A stretch of DNA of 32,906 bases from Candidatus Sericytochromatia bacterium (GCA_036676495.1 JAKFCT010000079.1:1-32906); one strand, 5' to 3'. Numbered from the stretch's first letter, positions 8,208-17,900 are shown. Notes: generated from the letters alone by a model not told the origin. Program-made: numbers and translations.

Positions 8208-8626
8208 AGACGAGCAAGGTTCGGGAAATCGTCAATGAGCACATCAAACCCATCCGGAACGCACTCCATCTGAACGACTGGGATATCGACACGGAGTACA
8301 CCGCGTTGGATCCTGGCACGCCCGCACGCGTCCACATGGCCGCTCGCTACCGGCTCGCGACCATCCAGTTCGACCCGGCGCAGATCGTAGACCGAGAGCA
8401 GGTCCTGCGCTGCCTTCGGCATGAGCTACTGCATCTCGTCTTGGCGCCGTTTGACCTTTACACCTGCGCGGTCAGCGAGATGCTTCCCAAGCATTTCAGC
8501 AGGGTTGACAAGCAGCTCTTCATGGATGCCGTCGAGCTCGTCGTCGGCAATCTGGAGCGGGTCCTCGACTGGGGGATCCCGTTCCGGCCCTGGGAGTCCC
8601 AAGAAGACGCCACCCGCCCCGCCTAG
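8204..8626 (+). CDS. Small HExxH zincin-like protein
   Basis: ATGA overlap with the MuF stop; RBS AGGGAG. LRHELLHLVL motif with downstream DAVELVV. Confidence 0.7.
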   Translation: MKTSKVREIVNEHIKPIRNALHLNDWDIDTEYTALDPGTPARVHMAARYRLATIQFDPAQIVDREQVLRCLRHELLHLVLAPFDLYTCAVSEMLPKHFSRVDKQLFMDAVELVVGNLERVLDWGIPFRPWESQEDATRPA

Positions 8627-8856
8627 CGCGGGGCTTCCTCTTGAAAGGGGGGATGCGAATGGACCTGGTTTCCCTTGGTTCCCGCGCTCTCACCTGAAAG
8701 GGGGTGGTCTCGCATCTGGCGCGAGGGTAACAACCTCGCAGGCGGGGTCTACCAGAGCCCTTGACCACCTCTAGGCTTGCTTCGGTGAGCCTTGCCGGCC
8801 AACTCGCGGCCTTGTTGCGAGGGTTCAGAGGCTTACCCGTGGGCCCAATCGCGGGG
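8625..8856 (+). ncRNA. Putative large structured RNA element upstream of the scaffold gene
   Basis: At least eight helices, GAAA and cUUCGg tetraloops on the + strand, and a 7-bp cross-domain pairing (see findings). Confidence 0.6.
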
Positions 8857-8877
8857 GATGAGAAAGGACAGCACCAC

Positions 8878-9723
8878 ATGAAGACGCATCAGACCTCCGG
8901 CGGCGGGCTCTCGCTCGGCCGCAACGTGTTCCGGCCGATGTTCGGCACTCCCCGTTTCTTCCTGGACACCTCCGGGGACGGCGGCGGCTCGGCAGGCGGA
9001 GGTGCGGGGCCCACTGGCACCCAGGGCCAGGGAAATACCCAGACGGGAGGAAGCACCCAGACGGGGGCGGATTTCACGCCCGAGCAGCAGGCCAAGATTC
9101 AGGACCTGATTAACCAGGCCTTCGGCAAGGGCGCGAGCAAGGCAGAGAAGGAGCAGGCGACTCGCATCCAGCAGCTCGAGGCCGAGCTCGCCAATCTCAA
9201 GGGAGGAAAGTCTGGCGACAAGACGGCCGGCGACCAAGGCGCTAAGTCCGGCTACGACCAGGACGAGATCAAGAAGCTGCTCGACGGTGTGCGCGGCGAG
9301 TACGAGCCCAAGCTCACGGAAGCCAACCAGACCATCGAGAAGCTGAAGTCCGGCCAGCGCAACGCTGCCGTCATGGCGGCCGCCGCCGTGGCCAAGGCAG
9401 TGGATCCCGTGGTCGTTGCCAAGCTCGTCGGCGACGCGATCGGATTCGATGGCGACGGCCGCCTGGTGGTCCTGGACGCCAGCGGGCAGCCCCGCCTCAA
9501 TGCGAAGGCCGAGCCGATGAGCGTCGACGAGTATGTCGCCAGCTTCCTCGAGGAGCGCCCGTATCTCAAGCAGCCCTCCAACGCCGGCGGCGCCGGTTCT
9601 GGCACCAAGGGCGCCGGGGGCTCCCAGACCTTCACCCGCAAGCAGATCGAGGACCCGGACTTCTACCGGGCCAACAAGGACGCAATCAATCGAGCGGTCA
9701 CGGACGGCCGCATCGTAGACTGA
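8878..9723 (+). CDS. Capsid scaffolding protein
   Basis: RBS GAAAGGA before ATG 8878. Gly-rich N-terminus, FTPEQ motif, coiled coil, ERPYLK...GGAG C-terminus. Immediately precedes the coat gene. Confidence 0.85.
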   Translation: MKTHQTSGGGLSLGRNVFRPMFGTPRFFLDTSGDGGGSAGGGAGPTGTQGQGNTQTGGSTQTGADFTPEQQAKIQDLINQAFGKGASKAEKEQATRIQQLEAELANLKGGKSGDKTAGDQGAKSGYDQDEIKKLLDGVRGEYEPKLTEANQTIEKLKSGQRNAAVMAAAAVAKAVDPVVVAKLVGDAIGFDGDGRLVVLDASGQPRLNAKAEPMSVDEYVASFLEERPYLKQPSNAGGAGSGTKGAGGSQTFTRKQIEDPDFYRANKDAINRAVTDGRIVD

Positions 9724-9734
9724 TGAGGTAAAAG

Positions 9735-10616
9735 ATGCCCAACAATCTCGTCGCCCTGATTCCCCAGATCTGGGCCCAGGAATCCCTCGAAAATCTCTTC
9801 GCCAACATGGTCATGGCGAATCTCGTCCACCGCGACTTCGAAGGTGAGTTCGCGGCCAAGGGTGATACCGTCAACACCCGCCGTCCTGGCACCTTCGAAG
9901 CCAAGGACATGGGTGCGTCCATCATCATCCAGGACGCGACCTCCCAAAACGTGCCCGTGAAGCTCGACAAGTGGAAGGAAGTCTCCTTCGCTCTGTCGGA
10001 CAAGGACCTCACCTTGGCGATGAACGACCTGATCCCGATCTACGTCGCGCCCGCCATGGAGGCGATCGCCCAGCAGATCGACAAGGACCTGCTCGCGCTC
10101 TACGCCGACATTACCGCTTCGGTCGGCACTGCCGGAACCGATGCCGACAAGGCTCTGGTTCTCGCCGCGCGCTTGGCCTTGAACGAGGCCAAGGTCCCGA
10201 TGCGCGATCGCCGCTTGGTTCTGGCGGCCAAGGACGAGAACGCGCTCGTCGGTCTCCCCGAGTTCTCCTCGGCGGAGAAGGTCGGGGACAACGGCACCGC
10301 CATGCGCGAGGCTTCGCTGGGTCGGATCTTTGGTCTGGATACCTTCCTCGACCAGAACGTGATCACTACCGGCGCCACGCCGGTCTCGACCCACAACCTC
10401 GCGTTCCACAAGAACGCCTTCGCGCTGGTCACCCGTCCGCTGGCGAAGCCCGTCGAGGGCACCGGCGCCAACGTCTCGGTCGTGAACTACAAGGGCATCG
10501 GCCTGCGGGTCGCGATCGCCTGGGACATCAACAAGAAGCAGCACGTGGTCTCGATCGACGTGCTGTACGGCGTGAAGACCCTCGACGACGACCTGGCCGT
10601 CCGGGTGTTGACCTAG
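9735..10616 (+). CDS. Major capsid protein, P22 gp5-like (HK97 fold)
   Basis: IPQIWAQE..L..MVMANLVHRDFEGE...GDTVN, G.LGRIFG.D, NLAFHKNAFALVTRPL and DVLYGVKTL motifs. Strong codon bias. Confidence 0.93.
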   Translation: MPNNLVALIPQIWAQESLENLFANMVMANLVHRDFEGEFAAKGDTVNTRRPGTFEAKDMGASIIIQDATSQNVPVKLDKWKEVSFALSDKDLTLAMNDLIPIYVAPAMEAIAQQIDKDLLALYADITASVGTAGTDADKALVLAARLALNEAKVPMRDRRLVLAAKDENALVGLPEFSSAEKVGDNGTAMREASLGRIFGLDTFLDQNVITTGATPVSTHNLAFHKNAFALVTRPLAKPVEGTGANVSVVNYKGIGLRVAIAWDINKKQHVVSIDVLYGVKTLDDDLAVRVLT

Positions 10617-10634
10617 CCCCACCCCGTCTCCCTT

Positions 10635-10669
10635 CGCCTCACGGTGGCTACGGCTGCCGTGAGGCGTTT
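10635..10669 (+). terminator. Strong hairpin after the capsid gene (terminator or mRNA stabiliser)
   Basis: CGCCTCACGGTGGC-TACG-GCTGCCGTGAGGCG then TTT; cUACGg tetraloop. Confidence 0.7.
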
Positions 10670-10684
10670 CCTTGAGGTAGCAAG

Positions 10685-10993
10685 ATGAAAGACATGATCC
10701 TGCGCCACCCGAACGGCCATGAAGTGCCGGTTCCCGGGTGGCTGGTGAAAGAAAAGGTCGCCCAGGGGTTCGAGCCCATCCGCCCGGTTGACGCGGGCCC
10801 CGAGCTCGAGGTCACGGAGATGAAGGAACTCAGCAAGGAGTTGCTGCCCGCTTATCTGGAAGCGAGGACTCGCGATGAACTGCGCGAGATCGCCCAGGCC
10901 GGGAAAATCGACATCCCCGGCAACGCCAGCAAGGCCGCGTTCATCGAGGCCATTCTCGCCAAGTCGGCCGAAGAAGCCGACGACGAGCAGTAA
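10685..10993 (+). CDS. Small head-associated protein with Rho-N/HeH-like helical motif
   Basis: TRDELREIAQAGKIDIPGNASKAAFIEAIL. Such genes commonly follow capsid genes. RBS GAGGT. Confidence 0.7.
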   Translation: MKDMILRHPNGHEVPVPGWLVKEKVAQGFEPIRPVDAGPELEVTEMKELSKELLPAYLEARTRDELREIAQAGKIDIPGNASKAAFIEAILAKSAEEADDEQ

Positions 10994-11005
10994 AGGAGGT
11001 CCCCC

Positions 11006-11347
11006 GTGGCGCTGACTGAGTCTCAGATCATCGACGTGCTGGTCCTCTTGGGCCTGCCCGCTCGCGCGAGCTCCGCGAGCCACGGGGCGGCCTACATCGA
11101 CGCGGCCGAGGTCCGGAAGATCCTCGGCGAGCTCTCCGAGGCCGAGGAGACGGCCGTCACCAACCTGCTCACCCAGTGGCAGGGGGTCAAGGCGGACACC
11201 GACCGCATCAATGCGGAGGGCCTGGATAGCGATCCGGCCCGGTCTCGGGCGCATCTCGCCTCCTTGATGGAGGACACCATCGGCTACCGGCCGACGGCCT
11301 CGCGCAACTCCTCGCCTTGGCCGTCGCTGCGGCTCGGGAGGGGGTAG
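11006..11347 (+). CDS. Putative head-tail adaptor
   Basis: RBS AAAGGAGGT, GTG start; helical 113 aa; position in the neck module. Confidence 0.6.
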   Translation: MALTESQIIDVLVLLGLPARASSASHGAAYIDAAEVRKILGELSEAEETAVTNLLTQWQGVKADTDRINAEGLDSDPARSRAHLASLMEDTIGYRPTASRNSSPWPSLRLGRG

Positions 11348-11350
11348 GCG

Positions 11351-11752
11351 ATGGCCGACGCACTCAGCAAGCTCCAGGCGGGCGCCGACAAGGCGCGCGC
11401 CAAGCTCGCGGCTCACCGCCTCGGCGGCCGGGAGCGCACCGTCGCCATCCGGACCGTCACGGAGACGGGCGGCAACGCGGCGCTCGGAATCGCGCCGACG
11501 CGCACGGTGACGGACGTGGAACTCGAACCGCGGCCAGTGGTCCGGGACGGTGGCTTCAAGCTCATCCAGTACGCCGAGGCTCACGGCGGCCGCCTCGAGG
11601 ATGGAGACCTCCTCGTCGACGCGATCTCCCGGTCCTACTCGGAGGAGGAGCTGCGCGGTGCCGGCGGCTGGCTCGTGGATAGCGTCGAGTACTCCCTGAT
11701 CCGGCTGGCGCGAAAGTCCACGGAGTGGGAGGCCTTCCTGCGGAGGGTGTGA
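11351..11752 (+). CDS. Putative head-closure (stopper) protein
   Basis: Beta-rich 133 aa, LEDGDLLV...VDSVEYSLI; position. Confidence 0.6.
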   Translation: MADALSKLQAGADKARAKLAAHRLGGRERTVAIRTVTETGGNAALGIAPTRTVTDVELEPRPVVRDGGFKLIQYAEAHGGRLEDGDLLVDAISRSYSEEELRGAGGWLVDSVEYSLIRLARKSTEWEAFLRRV

Positions 11753-12384
11753 TGAGCGACTTCAAAATCACGACGGACGGCATTGATGAGTTTATGGCCG
11801 ACCTCCTGGCGCTCGGCGAGCTCGGGGAGGCGAACCTCGACACGGCGACCAAGCAGACGACCGGAGAGGCCTTCCGGATGATCGTGGATGCCACCCCGGG
11901 CTCCCAGAAGCGCGAGTGGGATATGCGCTTCCCGGAGAAGATGGTGGGAGAGGTCACGACCAACTCCAAGATCATGCACTTCCTCGAGTACGGCACGGGC
12001 CTCTACACCGAGGCTCCGGACGGGAAGCGTGCCAAGTACAAGATCGCTCCCAAGTTCAAGAAGGCCCTGGCCTTCCAGAGTGCAGGCGGCAGCTTCCAGG
12101 CTGCGCGCGGCGCCGACGGTCAGGTAATGCGTAACGCCAAGGGTGCAATGCTCTTCAAGACAAAGGCCGGCAACGTCGGTCTCCCTCGCTACCGCCGCGG
12201 CGCCGGCGGCGTGCTTGACGCCCCAAATCTCGGGAAATTCGCTGTCGTCAACTACGTCATGCACCCCGGCATCAAGCCCGTCCGGATGGTCCGGAACAAC
12301 CTGACTCGGATGGAGCAAGCCTACGACGAGCACCTGCAGGCCGCCCTCGACGCGACCGTGAAAGGAGAGCGCCTTGGACCCTAG
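11752..12384 (+). CDS. Neck protein, HK97 gp10-like
   Basis: ITTDGIDEF start, FLEYGTG and HPGIKP motifs. ATG 11752 overlaps the previous TGA. Confidence 0.8.
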   Translation: MSDFKITTDGIDEFMADLLALGELGEANLDTATKQTTGEAFRMIVDATPGSQKREWDMRFPEKMVGEVTTNSKIMHFLEYGTGLYTEAPDGKRAKYKIAPKFKKALAFQSAGGSFQAARGADGQVMRNAKGAMLFKTKAGNVGLPRYRRGAGGVLDAPNLGKFAVVNYVMHPGIKPVRMVRNNLTRMEQAYDEHLQAALDATVKGERLGP

Positions 12385-12817
12385 CCGCGTGAGCCAGAAC
12401 ATCAAGCGCACGGTGCAGAAGTATCTCGAAGGCGCAGGCCTCGGCGCGCCGATCCTCTTCGACGGTCGCAAGGCACTCCCGAGCGAGCCCGCCTGGGTTG
12501 ATCCCGAGTGGAAGGCCCTCAACGAGACGGACCTCGGGAACTTCGAGAAGCAGGCATCCTGGAACCTCTTTCTCGACTGCTGGTCCTGGCGGTCGACCGA
12601 CACCTACGGCGGGACGCTCGACGCCCTGGCCGATCGCCTCAAGGACGCCTGCAGGGACAAGCGAGTCCCGCTGCTCGACTACTCAGACCCCGGGAACCCT
12701 GCTGCCACCGGATACTTTGTCCGGCTCAGGATCGACGGCGACGACCCGCTCGACAAGACCGACCGCGTCCAGGGCCGCGCCATCCACGTCGCCGTCGGAT
12801 GGCTGATGCGATCCTAA
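12374..12817 (+). CDS. Putative tail terminator/completion protein
   Basis: TTG start with RBS AAAGGAG; 147 aa; directly before the tail tube gene. Confidence 0.65.
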   Translation: MDPSRVSQNIKRTVQKYLEGAGLGAPILFDGRKALPSEPAWVDPEWKALNETDLGNFEKQASWNLFLDCWSWRSTDTYGGTLDALADRLKDACRDKRVPLLDYSDPGNPAATGYFVRLRIDGDDPLDKTDRVQGRAIHVAVGWLMRS

Positions 12818-12834
12818 CCCAGCTCAAAACTACG

Positions 12835-12859
12835 CCCCCGGCCACGCGCCGGGGGTTTT
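12835..12859 (+). terminator. Intrinsic terminator-like hairpin
   Basis: CCCCCGGC-CACGC-GCCGGGGG-TTTT. Confidence 0.7.
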
Positions 12860-12877
12860 GCGTGAAAGGAAGGCGTC

Positions 12878-13831
12878 ATGCCGAATCCCGAAATCATCGT
12901 CAAGCCTGAAGGCAAGCTGATCTGGCACAACAAAACGGTTGCGCTTGCCAAGCCCAAGATCCTGGAGCTGACCAAGGGCGGCATCCGCACCCAGGTTACG
13001 CGCTCCCTCGTCGCGATTCTGAAGGACGACGGTTCGCTCGACCATTGGAAGAAAACCCAGGAGACCGAGTTCACCGTCGCGATCTCCATGCTCTACCGGG
13101 ACAAGCTCGGCAGCTTGCTCGGGAGCACGCCCATGGGGTTCGAGGCTACGGATCCCGGCGTATCCACCGCCTTCGGCAACATCTACCACCAGGGCAACTC
13201 CGGCGGCGTGGTCGATGTCCTGGGCTACGAGAACGCCACCCTCATGGGCTACTCGATCGCCTCTGCGGCCGACGGCAACATGATCGACCTCAATTTCCAA
13301 GGCGTCGGCGAACCGACCAACAGCGCGATCGCCGTGGCCGACGCGGAAGCGATTACCCTTGGCAACGCCGAGGCGATGGTCGCCGCCGAGACCTACGTGC
13401 GATGGAAGTCCGCAGGCGCCGGCGCGCCCGTGGCCAAGACGCTGGGTTTCACCAACGCCGGCTGGCGCCTGTCGGTCCAGTACCAGAAGCTGCTGATCCG
13501 CAAGACCGACACCACCTTCTCCCACGCGAAGGTCGTCGGCGTCCCGACCTGGGACCTGACCGTCAACCAGTTCTACCAGGACGGCACCACGAACCTCCTG
13601 TTCGACGCGGTCAGCGGCTACGGCAACAAGGCTGCCGGCAAGACGGTCCCCTTCGGGAAGATTGCCGTCGAGGGCTTGCTCGCTGCGGGCGGCGGGGCCC
13701 TGGAATCCATCCAGCTCGACAACGCGGTCCTCACCAACTGGGACTTCTCCCAGGCGAACGAAGGCAACCCGCTCGCGCTGACCTTCAAGGGCGTCGGCCT
13801 GCCGAACTTCGCGGCCGAGACTCTGGCGTAG
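12878..13831 (+). CDS. Major tail tube protein (two similar halves)
   Basis: Position between neck and chaperone/TMP; strong codon bias; beta-rich with an internal repeat. Confidence 0.8.
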   Translation: MPNPEIIVKPEGKLIWHNKTVALAKPKILELTKGGIRTQVTRSLVAILKDDGSLDHWKKTQETEFTVAISMLYRDKLGSLLGSTPMGFEATDPGVSTAFGNIYHQGNSGGVVDVLGYENATLMGYSIASAADGNMIDLNFQGVGEPTNSAIAVADAEAITLGNAEAMVAAETYVRWKSAGAGAPVAKTLGFTNAGWRLSVQYQKLLIRKTDTTFSHAKVVGVPTWDLTVNQFYQDGTTNLLFDAVSGYGNKAAGKTVPFGKIAVEGLLAAGGGALESIQLDNAVLTNWDFSQANEGNPLALTFKGVGLPNFAAETLA

Positions 13832-13842
13832 GAGGGGCGACC

Positions 13843-14037
13843 ATGACAAAGCCGAAGGACGAGCTCTACGCCGACTGGTGCGCGGCCCGTGGCACCTCCG
13901 CTGAAGCCGAACGCGCAGCGTGGGAGGCCTACCAGACGGCCGTGAAGGCGGAGAAGGATGCCAAAGGCCCCATCGGCCCGGCAGCACCCCCCAACACCCA
14001 TGCCGTGACCGCTCAGAAGGTCAAGCGCACCAAGTAA
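13843..14037 (+). CDS. Small phage hypothetical protein (64 aa)
   Basis: RBS AGGAGGGG before ATG 13843. It is the real 3' part of ORF-track 13045..14037. Confidence 0.7.
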   Translation: MTKPKDELYADWCAARGTSAEAERAAWEAYQTAVKAEKDAKGPIGPAAPPNTHAVTAQKVKRTK

Positions 14038-14057
14038 AGCTCTCCCGCGAGGGAGCG

Positions 14058-14091
14058 GCGCCCCGGGTTCCCTCCTCGCCCGGGGCGCTTT
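14058..14091 (+). terminator. Terminator-like hairpin preceded by a GNRA hairpin
   Basis: GCGCCCCGGG-11 nt-CCCGGGGCGC-TTT; upstream CTCCC-GCGA-GGGAG. Confidence 0.6.
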
Positions 14092-14127
14092 GCCTTATCC
14101 AGAGGAGGACGAGAGGAGAGAACCCCC

Positions 14128-14652
14128 ATGCCCAAGCTTCACGAGATCATCGCCGGCCGCAAGATCGGTATCTTCCCCGTCGGTAAGGTCAAGCCCGCGG
14201 CCGAGCGCCTGGCCGATATCCTTCCCCGCTTCGGCCTCACCGCCGAGCAGACCGCCCAGGCGATCGCCGGCTTCCTGGCCGACGACGAGGAAATCGACTT
14301 CGAGATCTACTTCCGGCGCATCACCTCGACCGAGAACGATCGCCTGCGGAGCATCGCCAACAAGAAGCCGAGCACGATGGATCCGAAGACCAAGCAGTGG
14401 TCGACCGAGGAGGTCGACGTCGAGGACCTCGCCCGCCTGCGTCTCGGCTATGCCCTGACCAACCCGGAGTTCCCCGAAGGGATGGAGCTTCCCGAGGACC
14501 TCAGCGCCCCGGAGTTCGAGCCGGCCATCCGGAAGCGCGCCGCCTACATCAAGGCCAACTTTTCCGACACTGAGATCCGGCAGCTTGCCATCGCCCTGGC
14601 TGAGCACTGCTCCTTCGACCTGCAGGCGGCCAAGGATCGCGTAAAAAACTGA
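14128..14652 (+). CDS. Tail assembly chaperone (lambda gpG analogue)
   Basis: Between tail tube and TMP; ends in the slippery heptamer A AAA AAC just before TGA. Confidence 0.85.
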   Translation: MPKLHEIIAGRKIGIFPVGKVKPAAERLADILPRFGLTAEQTAQAIAGFLADDEEIDFEIYFRRITSTENDRLRSIANKKPSTMDPKTKQWSTEEVDVEDLARLRLGYALTNPEFPEGMELPEDLSAPEFEPAIRKRAAYIKANFSDTEIRQLAIALAEHCSFDLQAAKDRVKN

Positions 14653-14903
14653 TCGGCCCCGAGCTGGCTGCCAACCCTCCCAAGCTACCCGACAACCCCA
14701 AGGCCCCGAAGGTCAGCATCCCCGAGATGCTGACCTCGATGGAGTTCGTCCTGGGCTCGGTGTGCAAGGAGCATGGCCTGACTCGGGCGCAATTCGACTT
14801 CCTGAGCGACGAGGCGCAAATCGACCTCGTCGCTCACTATTTGGCAGACCAGCAGATCGCCAAGTGGCAGACTTACCGCCACGAAGCGAGTATGCCCAGG
14901 TGA
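14643..14903 (+). CDS. -1 frameshift extension of the chaperone (gpGT analogue)
   Basis: The -1 frame is open from the heptamer at 14643-14649 to TGA 14901-14903: KLIGPELAANPPKLPDNPKAPKVSIPEMLTSMEFVLGSVCKEHGLTRAQFDFLSDEAQIDLVAHYLADQQIAKWQTYRHEASMPR. Confidence 0.85.
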   Translation, partial: KKLIGPELAANPPKLPDNPKAPKVSIPEMLTSMEFVLGSVCKEHGLTRAQFDFLSDEAQIDLVAHYLADQQIAKWQTYRHEASMPR

Positions 14904-14915
14904 TAGAGGTGACGC

Positions 14916-17900
14916 ATGACCGAACGGATCTTGAGGGCACGCTTTGAGGGCGATATCAGCGGACTCAAGCGCATGGCTGCAGAGGGCCGGCAGGAGATTG
15001 CTTCGGTAGCCGACGCCCAGGAGAAGGCCTCGCGCGAGATGGTCTCGGCCACCGAGCAGAGCGAGCGCAAGATGGCGGCGACCGTGCAGATCGGCACGCA
15101 GCGCCGCATCGCCTCGATTCAGCGAGAAGTAAACGAAGCGATCCAGGCAATCGAGAAGCTCCCCATCGCTCGAGAGGAAAAGGAGCGCCAGATCGCCCGG
15201 ATCGTGGAGACCAATGCCAAGCGCACCTCCGAGATCCTGCTCCAGGAGATCCGGAAGCAGGAGCATGCGCACCAGCAAGTTTCCAATGGCATGGGCTCGC
15301 AAAGCGAAGCTGCCATCGCGCTCACCCGGAACATCACGGGCCTTGTGGCTGCCTACGTCTCGCTGCAGAGTATCATCGGAATGGCCGGAAAGGGGCTCTC
15401 TGGCAACGCTGACCTTCAGCAGGCCGGGTTGACCTTCGAGGTCCTCTTCAAGGATGCCGATCGGGCGAAGGCCAAGATCGAGGAGCTGTACGGCTTCGCA
15501 GCCAAGACGCCGTTCGAGTTCGCTCCGGTCAAAGACGCAGCCCTCGCCCTGGAGACCTTTGGCCTGAACTCGTCGGTCTACCTGCGGGATGCCGGCGACC
15601 TGGCCGCCGCCTTCGGCGCGGAGATCTCGGAGGTGGCTCGCGTCTTCGGGCGCATCAACTCCGGCGACTTCGGCGAGGCCTTTGAGCGCCTGCGGGACTT
15701 CGGCATCTCGCGCGAACTGCTTGAGGGCGAGGGGCTCGTCTTCGACAAGTCGGGCTCCTACCAAGGATCCGTCGACCAGGCGCTCACCGCCGTCCAGAAC
15801 ATCATCCGCACGAAGTTCGGCGGCATGATGGAGCGCCAATCCGGGATCTTCAACGGCCAGATGAGCAACCTGGCGGACAACTTCCAGACGATCCTTAACT
15901 CGGTGATGGCCCCGACATTCGATACCCTGACCGGCGCGGTCACGGAGTTGAATACCGCACTGGATGGTGCGTTCGGCGACGAGATGCAGGCGAACATCCG
16001 AGTTCTTGGCGACATCGTGAACGGCGTCGCCGTGGCTTCCCTTGCGCTCGGCAAGGCGATCAGCGAAACCCTGGACGAGATGATGGCTCCCCTGCGCTGG
16101 GTGCGGGACACCGCCGCATCACTGGGCAGAGGCGCCGGAGAGCGTGATGTTGCGAAGTCCCTCGTCCTCTCGTCCGGCATCAACCCAAACCGGGCGCAGC
16201 ATTACGCCAACCTCGTTGGGCGCGGCGAGAATCTCCAGAACATCGCTCGTGATTTCCGGGTGAATTCATGGGGCGATCCTCGGGGCGTTCAAGAGGACCT
16301 TGGGCGCCTGGCAGTCATCCTGGCGGATGCAAAGCAGATCGTCAACGGAACCAAGCAGTACCAGAACTTCGAGCCGTTTGGCCCCCCTCTGCCGGCTGGC
16401 GGTGTGAATCCTCGCACCACGAACACGAGCGCCACCAGCAAGCCTCTGGAGGGCCACCAGCTCTTCGCGGCCCAACACAAGGCGGGGGACCTGTCAGATG
16501 AGCAGTACCTCGCTAAGCTCAACGTCGAACTCGGAAAGGTGGTCAAGAACTCATCGGACTACTTCGCCATCCGTGAAAAGATCGCTGGCCTGAAGTCCGA
16601 TCCCTGGCTCGACCGCGTCCTTGAACAATCGCCCGGCGCCCTCGACCTGCGTCTCGGCCAACTCATGCAGGGGGACCTCAGTGGCAACCTCCCAATCACG
16701 AGCCTGGACGCCCGGATCGGATCCGCGTTCGAGACTCCCTCTGGCATGCTTGGCCTTGGAAACCCAGGCGAAAGCAAGGATGCAAAAGAGTATCTCAAGC
16801 TTATGGAGGGCTGGGACAAGCAAAACGAAAAGGAGCGCAAGGAAGAACTCGAGAAAGCCTCCAAGGCGCTCCTGAAGATTCAGGAAGATGCCGAGAAATC
16901 CTTGCGTACTGGTCTCGAAGCTGGCATCTCAGCCTTCCTCGATGGCGGGATTCAAGGCCTTGGCACCTCGGTTTACAGTCTGAGTAAGGACAAGTTCGGA
17001 AAGGCCCTGGCTGATGGCCTGTACGACAACAAGGAAATCCAGGCAGCACTCGGCGAGATCGGAGAAAAGTTCGGCGACGTGTTCAAGGATGCTCCGGAGC
17101 TTGGCCTTGCGATTGACGACATTGGCAGCAAGGTTTCTGGCGCAATTTCCAAGGGGCTATCCAGCGGTAGCTTTGCTGTGGCAGGTACCATCGGAATTGG
17201 CTTAGCAGCGATGTTCAGCGCCGAAATTGAAAAAGGTCTGAAGCTACAAGCGACCCGCAAGAGCATTGTGGAAAGCCTCGGTGCGCCTAAGTCTGAAGCT
17301 CAGCGAAATCTTGAGTGGCTTCAAAAGCGCAACGCCGAGCTGAGCGGCAATCTAGACAACCCCTTCATTAGGGCCGTGTCCGGCGCTCATGTAGGCGGAT
17401 GGGAATCCGAGAAAGTAGCAAATGATGGCCTAATTGACAGCCTGAACGCTCGCATCGCTGCTGAGAAGATGGCCACCGATGCGGCTTATGCTACGGCTAT
17501 GGCCCTTCAAGTCGTGTCCGATCGCGGAGAGAGGATAGGCAACGCCGTTAGCTCTACTGAGCTGTTGCTGAAGCTCGGAGGCGTTGAGGCCGGTACTGCT
17601 GGCTATGAAAACGCCATCTTTCATGCATACCAGTCAGGACTCGGTTCCGCAGGATTCACAGGCGAAGAGGCTGCCAGGTTGGTAGGCGATCGCGAGTTGC
17701 AGCGGAATGTCGTTTGGCAATACCAAGACTGGGCTGCCAACGGCTTCATGGACTTTGGGTCTGGACGCGATCAGATGGGGGTGTTGAGTGACTTGATCGG
17801 CTTGAACTTCGACAATTCGGAGGCCCTCCGTACGTTCATCGAATCGAGCCTCATGCCGATGTTTTCTCGGCTTGCCGACCTAAATCCGGCGACGTCGTCG

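Noticed and set aside
8625-8856. Hammerhead or HDV-like ribozyme; 14-codon leader peptide MRMDLVSLGSRALT
   Set aside because: No CUGANGA/GAAA core or nested HDV double pseudoknot could be built by eye. The mini-ORF has no supporting features beyond a G-rich upstream run that sits in a stem.
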